Shown: positions 51,669 to 63,161 of the stretch, in pieces
Layout: each line of letters begins with the position of its first letter
How positions within the stretch are numbered: the first letter of the stretch is position 1
Source: Lingula anatina
Taxonomy: Eukaryota; Animalia; Brachiopoda
Reading direction: 5' to 3'
Length of the DNA: 64,000 bases
Assembly: GCA_051362555.1 (NCBI GenBank)
Contig: CM120646.1
Location: 16,988,001-17,052,000 of the forward strand
The notes under the pieces: model-generated
The model's input: the letters and a program-made list of their open reading frames with translations, nothing else
Told to the model about the DNA's origin: nothing
Database searches by the model: none
Translations under genes and position numbers: made by a program

Positions 51669-54291
51669 TACACCCCTTCTTCAAAAGAATTCGTCTTCGA
51701 ATTCTAAAACTTTACAACATACGCTCCTTTTTCATTTTTTTTTTAAGCAAAGCATATACTAAATAACATAAAATACTTAAAATGTCAAAAAACTTAAATG
51801 ATAAGGTCACAAATTTGTCATCAATTTAAATGTTATACGCAAGTTCATCAATTTCTGCAAAATTCAATAAAACAATAATAAAATTAATGATAACCTTCGT
51901 TAAACACCCCATGTCTATCATAATGTCAAGCAAAAATATAACTAAGAAAATTAACTTAATATAATTAATTTACACATAAAATTTAAAAACACATTCGACA
52001 TGAAACCAAAAAAATATTAATTTGAATCTCTTATTATGGCTCTGAAACACTTTATTATACAGTTTTCTCTTTCGGTTGTCATTTATGAGGAATGCACTAC
52101 GTGAGACAATAGGGTCGGCCGTCCCCTGTCCAATGAACAGCATTCATCACAACGTTGCTACCGGAGCATCGATCATGATGAAGTACTTTTTCATCTTCAT
52201 ATTTGTCCACATTGTAGCTCTCCCCTGTGATGATTATAAGAGAAACACTTGTTCATGATAATTCAATCCACGGGTTTTATAAAATTATACTGATAAATAA
52301 GTTAGTCTCAAAATGTGAGAATCTTCCTTAATGCATATAATCAGTTTCATGTCATCATCATTAACAAAAGTTAAATACACTGTGCATATAACAATAATCA
52401 TTTGTTCAAACATCTATGACCGACAATCATAATATTGATAAACCAAATACATTTATAATTATAACAATTCACACATTTAATACTTAATACACAATATGCA
52501 ATATGTTATTTACATGCAATAACATTGTAAATCAATTAAAATACAGCACGCCAATAATAATGATCATGGTAACATGTAACGCACAATAAAATGTTCATTA
52601 TTATATTATTTTTTAAATCAGTACATAGTGATTTAAAAAAAATCATAATATTCATCAGGATTTAAGTGACATATTATTTCCGTGCATCTCGCACACTCTC
52701 AATAATAATAATGACATATAGATCAGTGTCTGAAATCCCTTAATAGAAATAAGAATGAATCATATAAAGTCATTAATATTTTGTGAACGTACACACACTT
52801 CTTATACCAAAAGTTCACTCGCAAAGATTAATGCGTTAAGTGTATTATAGACACGTGTAGCAAGTCAAGTCAAATTCAGATTGGATTAAAATTAATCTGC
52901 ATTATGATTATATGTTTCGAACTGAATATAGAAAAGTGCATTAGCATGCGCAAAAATGCATAATATTCACTCTTGAATAATTTTCAGGGTTTAAAAGCTG
53001 TTAAAAGTGACAATGGGATAACTCGTTCCAAAACAACGTTTTTGTTTATTATGGTGTTTATAATTGTGAAACCATGCCAATGTTTAAAGTAGTCAGCAAG
53101 TACAAAGACTAAAATGAATTGTCAAAATGAGAATAATTATCACTTTTTTTAAAATGAATGAATCTGTGATTCTAAATTCGGCTTATTAATTGATTTTGTT
53201 GCAAAATGTTATAATCACTACGGTATAGTAAGTACTATATCGTTTACGTATACTTCTTCTAGTAAAGCCACTACTAGTGCCAATTGTCTGACCTTGATAA
53301 ACAGACCAAATTTCATCACGAGCAATAAGCTCTGTATCCCGAATAAATATTTGAGGTGAATCATCTGTAGGAAATATTTCGTCTGCTAGAATAGCATCTG
53401 CCATGCAAGTATAGGTTTGCTCTTAATTGTCTCTTGCTGTTTGAGCCATGTTTAGCAATCTCAAATGATAACATATCTTTGGCAAGAAAATGAGACAAAA
53501 ATTGATAAAATAGCTGAAGAACAGTTGATTCCGAATTTAAAGATTCGCTAGATAAATCATTGTGTTTCATGATGAAAATATGCATGGTGAATAGAAATAC
53601 TGCAACAAACCAAAATTAATAGATTGTAGCTGTGGTATCTTAGTGTTGCTTTGACAACTTGCCACTTGGGTGGGACATAAAAAAATCCATCTAAGTTCAA
53701 ACTGTAATAGCTAAAAAAATTGAATGACACATTACTGACAGCTACATAAAGAGGTCGTTGTTCTAGGGCATTCCGGGGTAATGTCAGTTATGTTAACTTA
53801 AAGTAACTGACTTGTCAAAACATCTCGTCTGTATTTTGTCAGTTTACTATGCCTTCCATTATGATGCGGCGCTAACCTTGTGATAACTTGTATTACATCG
53901 TTTGGATGTAATGTTTACTCATATGAATAAGCTCAATGTTCTTTGTTAAACAGTTCTTCAGAAACAAAATTGTCTACACTCAACACCACTGAACGTGCTG
54001 ATGCTGCCACAACATTACAGTAAAAATTCATAGAATCATCATTTCAAAAGGTAAATGCTCATGGCTTTTTCAGTGTATACTGCATTAACTTAGCCTCTTT
54101 TAGAACAAAGATAGAAAATAAGAGTAAACAGAAAAATAGTAAACCGGTTTACATTTAAGGTTCAGTTAAGCTGTCTCACTGTTGTCCAAATTATACATTT
54201 GACCTCTGTGTATTTTTTTTACAATGTGTAAGTGTACTATCTTTTTATTTACCAGTGTATCGAACTCGTCTCGAAGAGATGTGTTTCCTTT

Positions 54292-55142
54292 TTAATTTCT
54301 ACGTTTTCTTTGTCTTCCTTGTAACGTCTTATTGATATGATAATCTCTTTTTAATGCATCTGAAATATTTTCTTCAGGTTCCCAGGAAGTGTTCTTATAA
54401 CCCTTCCATTTTACTTTGTAATGTCTCTTTGCGTTTATATTCTTACAACATAACAATTTTTCTACTTCATAATATTCGTACGTGTCTTGCTTACTGTCCG
54501 ATGCAAGTTCCGCATTTTCTGTGTCATGAATGTCTCTATCTTGCGTTTCACTGGTCGTTTTATTCCCATTTGATTTGTTGTCTTGCTCATAATTACTTTC
54601 ATTCAGCCTTATGTATTTATTGTAATCTTTAGGGTCATAATACATTTTCAATCTATTTGCATGAACAGGCGATTTATGTTCCTTGTGTGTTTTACAATCT
54701 CTCAAATAATACGTGCACCCAGTTGATAATATCTTTGTAATGTAAAATGGCCCTTTGTATTTGATGTACAATTTAGAACTTAATCCTTTAGGTGTCATTG
54801 GGGTATATATCCAAACTCTATCACCTACTTTATGAATCGGTTGCTTTGACTTAAGGTCATACCTTTCTTTATACTGTTTCTGAGTTGCTTCCCTATTCTT
54901 TGTTGCAATTTCTTTTGTCGTTTTAAGGGTATCTTTCAGTTCTTCAATGTACTGATTTAGATTTTTATTTTCATGAGGTTCAGGGATCAAATCACTATCT
55001 AATGGTGTACGCATTTCTCGTCCAAATGCTAAATAATAAGGAGAAAACTTTGTGGACTGAGTACAAGGAGTCGCACGTAATGCCATCATTACTCCTGGAA
55101 GTATATCAGGCCAATTAGTTTGATCTTTCTCACAATATGCAT
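54292..55142 (-). pseudogene. Gypsy integrase C-terminal part with GPF motif and chromodomain
   Basis: AYCEKDQTNWPDILP...STKFSPYYLAFGREMRTP, KVGDRVW...SSKLYIKYKGPF, YEVEKLL...RHYKVKWKGYKNTSWEPEENI. Confidence 0.9.
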
Positions 55143-55154
55143 ATTGCATATTTT

Positions 55155-55438
55155 CCCGCACGAAAACGAAGTAGATACTCCAGCGCAGTAGACTACTGCA
55201 ATCATACTGCAAACATGCTTCAAATCTGCTTCGATGTGGGAGCTAATTAGCATATTTGAAACATGCTTCTATCATGCTGCTAATCTACTGCATTAATGCT
55301 CCTCCTCTGTACAACCCTATGTAATTTTTGAAGTAGAATTGCAGTAGGCTATACTGCATTTCTACTGCAAATATGCTCCATACCACTACTGCGTTAATGC
55401 TTCTTTGCTACTTCGATACTACTGCATTTTCGTGCGGG
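55155..55438. mobile_element. 284-bp MITE (CCC termini, CMC/EnSpm-like) inserted in the integrase
   Basis: TIRs CCCGCACGAAAA / TTTTCGTGCGGG with internal (c)tactgca repeats. Interrupts LRAY|CEKD at a TA. Confidence 0.85.
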
Positions 55439-58400
55439 TATGCTCTCAAAGTTTGCGCAATTATTGAATTGGTTCTTTCACAGGCTGCGTTACTTTGTGG
55501 ATGCCATGCACTAGTATGATAGCGCTTTATGTGTAATAATTTACATAACGATTGAATAATGTGAGATAAAAAATTCTTTCCTCGATCAGAAACGAGATAT
55601 GACGGACAACCATATCTTGTAAACACTTCTCTGTAAAGAGCCTTAGCTATTTCTTCAGCTTCTTGAGTTTTTAAGGGTATTGCTGCAGCAAAATTTGAAA
55701 AAGAGCATGTTACTAACAGAATATACTTATATCCTTCTCTTGATTTTATCAAGGGTCCTAAAATGTCCATGTGCATTCTTTCAAATACACCAGCAATTGG
55801 TAAAGGGTTCAAAGGTGCTGGAGCATATCTACGCAATTGTTTAACCTTTTGACATACTTCACATGATTTTACATACTCCATGACATCTTTATAAAGTGAT
55901 CTCCAAAAGTATTTATTTCTTATAGAAGCAAATGTTCTATCACAACCCTGATGACCACCGGCTGTTAATGAGTCATGATATGCATGTAACACATCACTTC
56001 TTAGTGTTACTGGAATTGCTAATTGTCTTATTATGCTCATCTTTTCTGGCATTCCCCGCGTACGAGGTTGATACAGATGATACAAAATACCATCTATCAT
56101 TACATATTGTTCTGATTCTGCTATGATTTTACGTGCTTGTTTTAAGTCACTAGGTAAATCATTTTGTTCTAGGTAACGTATTATATCATGAAACTCAGGG
56201 CATTCGCGTTGATCTTGTTTTAATTTCTCTTTATCGTTTACATTTGTAACATCAACACTGTTCATGTCATCATATTCACTTGAGTTATGTTCAATTCTTT
56301 TATCTGTTTGTTTTGGTAAGAAAATTTTAGCTTGGGTCCAATGTTTATCTTGACGCATGTGACCTTTACTTAACTGACTATTGTTAACAGTATCTAAAAC
56401 ATTTACTGGTTCATAATCACGTCTCGATAATGCGTCAGCTGGGTTTGTTTTTCCAGGTCTGTGAATTATTTCAAAATCTAGGCCTTGTAATTTTAATGAC
56501 CATCTGATAAGTCTGCCATTTGTATGTTTAACATTTTGTAACCAAGATATTGCTTTATTATCTGTATACACTTTGAAATGGTTGTTGGACAAATATTGTT
56601 CAAATTGCTTTATCCCTTCAATAACTGCTAAACATTCTAATTCATGAATTGTGTAGTTCTTTTCCGCGTTGTTCAAAGATCTTCCTCCATACGCAATAAC
56701 TCTATCTTGATTGTTCTCATTCTTTTGACCTAAAATATAACCTATAGCGGAAGTAGATGCGTCTGTTGTTAATGTAAACTCTCGCGACATATCTGGATAA
56801 GCTAGTATAGGAGGTGAAATTAACGCTTCTTTTAATGTTTGAAATGATGCTTCACATTCAGGACTCCATAAAAATTGTACGTCTTTCCGTAAAAGTTTAT
56901 TTAGGGGTTCTGCTATTTTACTGAAGCCTTTTATAAATTTTCTGTAGAAGTTACACAATCCTAAAAAACTTCTTACGTCTTTTGCAACTTTTGGTGTTGG
57001 AAACGATTTTATGGCTTCAAGATTTTTCTCGTCTGGTCTTATTCCATTTTTATCTATTACATGACCTAAATATTTAGCTTTTGGTGTTGCAAATTTACAT
57101 TTTGATGGTTTTAGTGTAAGATTGGCAGATCTCAGTTTTTGAAATACTAACTCTAAATGTTTTAAATGATCATTAAATGTTTTGCTCATGACCAAAATAT
57201 CGTCAATGTATATAAGGATAGTTTTCCAATTCATGTCTTTAAAAATGTGGCTCATTAAAGCCTGGTAGCTAACACCGGCGTTACGAAGGCCGAATGCTAA
57301 ACGTTAAAATTGAAAATGACCATGGTGTGTGATGAAAGCAGTCTTGTGTTTAGTTTCAGGATCAAGGGGTAATTGCCAATATGCACCTGCCATATCTAAA
57401 CTAGAGAAATATCTAGCGCCTGATGTACCTATTGTTTCAAAAATATCATCTAAACGTGGAAGTGGCCAATGCATAGGTTTTGTAACTTTATTTAACTTTC
57501 GGTAATCTATTGCGAATCTATATTCACCGTTTTTCTTTTTTACAAGTACCACTGGACTACTATATTCACTCATGCTTTCTTCAATTATGCCATGTTTTAA
57601 CATATCGTCTACTTGTTTAACAATTTCATCTTTCAGCTTTGGTGACGTACGATAAAATGTTTGTTTAACAGGAACATCATTTATTGTGTCAATTCGATGT
57701 TTATACATATTTGCCGTGCCTAACTCTGAAAGGTTGATAGCAAAAACATCACGGTTACGTCCTATCAACATTTTCAGCTGTTGTTTTTGATCCTCACTTA
57801 TGTCTGAATCAATAAACTTTATATTTAATTTTTCAGCTTTTTGTAACGCTTCATGATCTGATAACCTATGATCACCCTTTTGTATTTTATTCCCTTCTGA
57901 CATTTCATTTAAAACAGTTATGCTGTCTAGATTAATTGAGCTTGCAGAAGCTAATATTGTTCTTTTAGGTAGAAAAATACTTTCATCACTAGGATTTAGT
58001 ATTCTGTAGTAAGATTTGTTTTTATTAATGGAAACTAAACATTTTGCTCCGATAAGTTTTTTCTTTGACTCGAGCTTTCGTACTGGTTCTAGTAAAGCTA
58101 CTGAAACAGAGGAAGAATGTGATATTTTCACTGGTATTAAGCATTCACATCTTGGTGGAATCAATTCTGATTTAAAGTTACGCACTAAACCTAATACAGG
58201 TGGACTATACAAAGGTAAGAGCAAATTATAATCAGGCAATGCCATGCTATCAGACGATAAATCAATTTTTACATTGTGTTTTCTTAAGAAATCTGTGCCT
58301 AATATCAAACCTCTTGGCAATTGACTAAATACGTGGACTTTATATTTTATGATCACATCTCCAAAACAAAGAGGTAACTCTACTTTTCCTAGAACTTTAA

Positions 58401-58989
58401 TCACAGATCCATCAACAACTGAAACTTCTTTTACTGAAGGTTTTTCGTATGCATTTCGATCTTTCTTTCCTAATTTTGATAAAAGAGATTCTGATACACA
58501 AGATATGACGGCACCCGTGTCAACCAAAGCATTGACATGTTGTTTGTCGATTTGAATTGATATTAGATTATTAGCTTGGTAATCGGAAATAATAGAAATT
58601 GACACTTTTCTATCTTCAATCTTGTTATAAAACCTTTTTCTTTTTCTTAGTCGTTTGTTTACACGTGCAGAATGACAGACTTTTGTTATGTGTCCTATTT
58701 TACCACAACAATTACAGTTAAAATTGCGAGCAAAACAATTAGTTCTGAGATGTGTGTACTCACCACATCCCTGACACATCGACCATGTTCTTATTGGATT
58801 TCGTTGTTGAGGATAGTTCGTATGTCCAGCTGATGTTAATTTGTACTCTGAGCGTCGCAGATACCTGCCGCGTTGTGGCATACTTCTGGGACCTATGGTG
58901 TTGGGAGTGAATTTTCCTGGAGACGCGAATGGGCTTGCTCTCGTAGGTGAAAAGTTTGTTTCATTTCTGGTTTCGCTTGGTTCTTGCAA
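55439..58989 (-). pseudogene. Gypsy gag zinc knuckles + pol (protease, RT, RNase H, integrase core), with an in-frame TAA at 57306-57304
   Basis: Two CX2CX4HX4C knuckles, ALVDTGA protease, YSSPVVLVKK..YRFAIDYRKLN, KTAFIT..HFQF*RLAFGL, YIDD, LTTDAS, VYTDNK, GGHQG..C..C, HMDILGP, SDRG, HPQSNAACER. Confidence 0.93.
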
Positions 58990-59048
58990 TATATGGATTG
59001 CATTGATATGTGCATTGGCGGTGTCCTTAATTGAACTCTGAAGAGTGT

Positions 59049-59594
59049 CTATTTTCTCATTTTTATCATTTTTATGTCATTTCGTTGACCTCTTCTCGTC
59101 AGCTGAACTGCGTTTTCTGCAATGCGCGCGTGGTGCATAAGAGAACCAAAGTCAGAGGGCTCCTTTTGCAATACAAATGGGCGGAGTTCGGGTAGTAACC
59201 CATTCATTACCACTGTAAAGGCTGTTTTCTCATCTAAACGCGCACGTTTGGCGTCGTGACGCATCGACTCGATGTACCTCTGTACTGGTTCTTCTGGAAG
59301 TTGATGACGCTTGAAACATTCTGAGGCTTTCTCCCAAGTTTCTCCGGATTTCAGTTCATATCGCTGTCGGAACTCGCGGACAAGCGATTTCCAGTCTTTC
59401 TGTACTTCCACTGTTAAACACTCGTACCAGTTTAACACTGTTTGATTCAGTAAGAGAGGAAATAAGGCAGTGATTTGTTCATCTTCTAGTTTTTTATACT
59501 GCGTATAGTTTTCAAATTGATTTAACCACCTTTCTACATCTTCGTTTGCGTTACCAGTAAACTTTTCTGGCGCTAAAGTCAAATCTGAGGACAT
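59049..59594 (-). pseudogene. Gypsy gag capsid region, out of frame with the downstream gag/pol
   Basis: PEKFTG..EDVERWL..FE...A/VLNWY...W..L..EF..RY...Q.PEEPV..YI...NGLLPELR. The frame changes near the ataaaaatg duplication at ~59060-59077. Confidence 0.85.
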
Positions 59595-59793
59595 CTTCGT
59601 CTTTTTTCAGTTATTAATTGTTGCTTGGGTAATGACTTTTGGCGATTTTCAATACCCAGCATACTCAGTTTTTGCTGCACTGGGGCACTGACGATGTTTG
59701 CCATTGGGTGGATGGTGTGAACCGTTATCACCATAACTGTATCACCGTTCCGCTTGTCTCGGTAGAGCGGGGATCGATTTTTCCTCCACCACT

Positions 59794-60324
59794 TGTTATA
59801 GTGAGAAATGACGACAGCAGTTTGGAGCTTTCGAACGTTTATTCACCGACTCTTGCTTCTTACAACTTCACAAATATTTATACTCAATTTCTCCGTACTG
59901 ATCACGCATTTACTTGTTTTCTTTTCCATTGTCTTTGCGTGATTACAAAATATTTTTTCATTCTCATGTTGCAAGTCACTATGCAACATTTCCTTATTAG
60001 GTAATCCTTAAGGGACTTGTTTTCAATTAAAGATATCTAAAATATTATTTGGATTACTCATATTTGGACCATATCCAAAACTCAGTTATCATGTGATAAA
60101 TAGATGATCAAAATTATTATATGTTATGAAATTAACCAATCACATTAACTGTTACTGACTTTGACCTTTTCCATTTTTTCCTAACACTAAAAACATGTTA
60201 TACACTTGTTGACTCTTGGAGAAACTTAACTTACACTCAATAACTATCTGTCCTTTTACTCTTTTGATTCCGCTTTAATTGTTATCTGTAATTAGTGAAA
60301 GTGTAAGTAATTTGTTTTACAACA
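59794..60324 (-). repeat. Gypsy 5' LTR
   Basis: Direct repeat of 51138-51668, with the PBS adjacent. Confidence 0.93.
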
Positions 60325-61349
60325 TTTATTCAAAACGGGTAAGAGACGTCTTTTACATGTTTTCAGAAGGCGTCGACCCACGTCCATTACCTAAACCACA
60401 GGTTGACTGCAGCCAGAGATTTCAGATAACAGACATTTCTTCACCTCTGTGGAAGTCACAGTGAAACACCAGGTAAGAGGGGGTGAATACTATAAATTTG
60501 AATTGGTGTTTTAAAAATAGCTATTTTCACCTCTTTCTTGTATTTTCTGAACAAATAATCATATAAGATGTGGTGTTTGAAATAAAAAGCATTGTTATAG
60601 CAATTTACAATTGTGAGGTGATTATTTGTGACAAAAGCACACGGAAATGGGGGTGGGACAACCTTTTTGACCAATGCTGTATGTAACGAAGTGACTGTTA
60701 TGCCACACACTGGCGCCAAGATGGAACCCTGCTTCTGTCACCCTGCATGTTTGGTCACCCTCCTTTTCTTTCCGATTTCTCAATTTTACTTTACTTCTTA
60801 AATAAACACACCTTTAGCATACATCAGGATATCTAAACCTCACCAAAAGCTTTCACAGATTTCAAAATGTTTTAAAACCGACGCCTCTCATGCAGCTTTA
60901 CAAAGTACAATCGAAGAAAATTAGTATAATAATTGGGTTAAATATTAAGATTGTATGATTGGGCTTGATAATTGCTATTTTACATCAAAAATATGCATTA
61001 CTTCTCATATAGAACATAAGCAAAATTTTGGAAAATAACTTTTACACAAAAAGTTGTCCAACTTAATATCAAAAACTGAAGACTTCACATCAATTGAAGT
61101 CGCAACTCCTCTAGCAACTTTACAAAAATTAAAATATGTTTAATATCAGCAAACTGTTAGTTGAAAATGAAACACTTTTATGAAAATTATAATAACAGAT
61201 TTCTTTGTCTCCTTGGCAGGTTAGGAATATAGAAGATGTGATAATTAAAGATTTTTACACTTCTATATCAAAGTTTTAAATGAAAAAAATATGCAATAAT
61301 AACTCAAATGATAGTTTTATCTTTAAAAAGTTACTACTTTAGGTACTTT

Positions 61350-63005
61350 TCAAGTCATCAGCTTGCATTGTCCGACGTCAAAGCACTGATAGGTATCCAC
61401 GTCTCCGCCACCTGTATGTATCTCCCAGAACTTGATCCCGAACTCTGAACCGGCAACACAAGTCTTGAAATGGTCAAGGTCGAGTTTATACGGTTTTCTT
61501 GTTCCACAGAATAATATTTTGTTGTCGGGTGGATCATTGGGCGTCCAGTCAGAAACATTGGTATTCGGCATGATCTTTTGAAATTCCAAAGTCACATCTA
61601 CCGAATCATTTTGAATATTACAATCGCTGGGCGAACGTCGAGTCTCTATTTTGTAGTCGTAGAATATTGCCGACTTGCTTGAGATGTACAATAGGTGAAA
61701 AACGACGTCACATGTTTTCAAAGTGTTGTCCCGAATTGAAGACAAATTTCCAGACTGCGTTGAATTCGACGTTTGGCTTTCGGTTGATAAAGTGAGGCTA
61801 TCGGTGCTGAATGGAGCGGCGGTAGTTGTGGGGGCGTGTCCCATTGTCGTGTTCGGTATGAACGAATGTGTTGAATTTAAAGGATATTCCAAGCTTGTTG
61901 ATATGTTATTTACAGGGGTCAGTTCTGTACTTGTCCGTTGGTTAAAAGTTGTGGTTCTCTCCGTCCACTGGTCCAAAGAATGGTTGGTCGAAGTTGTCTC
62001 TATGAACGCCTTTGTTTGAGCAGTCGATGTGTTTCTCGCGTTGCCATGGATACCAAATATGTTACACGGGAGTCTTATGTCCATACCAACTGATCCAGCT
62101 TCAAAAACAACATTGGCGTACGTCAAAATGACGACTCGTTCTAACTTACTCGATCTATTCACTTTCATATAAGCTGATTGTGAAAAGTTAACGTTGACCC
62201 TGGCCACTATTGCAATATCAACGTCTCTGTCTATGGATGCCAGTCTTAACATAGTCTCGGAATCAATCCAACCTGCTGGATCCGTCCATTTGTCGAACTC
62301 GAAGCTGGTATCTTTCAGGTTGGTTTTATCCAGGTGTATATCCACATGCCCTAATATCTCGTGGATGAAAGCGCGCTCATTGTTTAACATCGCCAATATG
62401 GCTGCAAAATCCATAAGAAATGCTGCAGTAGATATTGCAGTTACTAAAATGGACAACAAAATATTTAAAAAGGTGTGCCAACAGTCGCATCTACGCACTG
62501 CTTTGCAAACTTTAAACCAAGACGAAGCTGCTCTGAATACCGTTGCTGCTAAACTTACAGCTCTTGACACAAAAGCTGCAGTTGATGTAACTTTTGTTCG
62601 TACTAAACATGATCCAGTCGAGAACATTCTTATCGTCAAATATGCTAAAGGAAGGTCTTCAAAGGCCTCCTCAAAAAGAGTTATTATCTGTTCAATTAAA
62701 CGCTCTTGTTTCAAATGAACCTTGTCAAGTTTGCAAAATTTCCTTATTGCAAAACAGAAGTATATAGTATGAATTGCCTGTGCCACAAATACTAAAGTTC
62801 CGGTGATACAAAAAACAAAATAATAATCGTTCAAGTAAGGCGTCAGTCCTGCGTCATCTGGTTCTTGGTACTGAAAGTCGTATTCTTTAACTTCTTGGTA
62901 TGCCAACCAGTCAGTGGCGATATCAAAAGTTGCTAATACAAAATTAGCTGCAACATATAGAAAACAAAGAGTGGATTTGCCCTCCCTCGTACAGCACTCC
63001 ATCAT
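61350..63005 (-). CDS. Uncharacterised multipass membrane protein, paralogue 3 (551 aa)
   Basis: Intact single-exon ORF, close to paralogue 2, with a 6-aa deletion (TVSKNN) near the C-terminus. Confidence 0.88.
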   Translation of the reverse strand: MMECCTREGKSTLCFLYVAANFVLATFDIATDWLAYQEVKEYDFQYQEPDDAGLTPYLNDYYFVFCITGTLVFVAQAIHTIYFCFAIRKFCKLDKVHLKQERLIEQIITLFEEAFEDLPLAYLTIRMFSTGSCLVRTKVTSTAAFVSRAVSLAATVFRAASSWFKVCKAVRRCDCWHTFLNILLSILVTAISTAAFLMDFAAILAMLNNERAFIHEILGHVDIHLDKTNLKDTSFEFDKWTDPAGWIDSETMLRLASIDRDVDIAIVARVNVNFSQSAYMKVNRSSKLERVVILTYANVVFEAGSVGMDIRLPCNIFGIHGNARNTSTAQTKAFIETTSTNHSLDQWTERTTTFNQRTSTELTPVNNISTSLEYPLNSTHSFIPNTTMGHAPTTTAAPFSTDSLTLSTESQTSNSTQSGNLSSIRDNTLKTCDVVFHLLYISSKSAIFYDYKIETRRSPSDCNIQNDSVDVTLEFQKIMPNTNVSDWTPNDPPDNKILFCGTRKPYKLDLDHFKTCVAGSEFGIKFWEIHTGGGDVDTYQCFDVGQCKLMT

Positions 63006-63161
63006 TAGTTCACGCCCACTAAATCAATATTCTTGTGAGGTCTTTGAACATTCGATGGTTACAAATAGCGTCAGTTAAATTCCAGCAGGCCTAACTTCCC
63101 TGTCGTTACGGTAAATTTTTTCTATTGGCAAACTATTAATCTTACCAGTACGCCTTTAGCA

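Larger units (their letters stand above)
51138..60324 (-). mobile_element. Full-length Ty3/Gypsy LTR retrotransposon (9.19 kb) with chromodomain integrase, inactivated
   Basis: 531-bp LTRs at 51138-51668 and 59794-60324 (TGTT...AACA, about 5 mismatches by eye). 4-bp TSD TTTA (51134-51137, 60325-60328). PBS TGGTGGAGG at 59791-59783, PPT GAAGAAGGGGTG next to the 3' LTR. Domain order gag-PR-RT-RH-INT-chromo. Confidence 0.96.
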
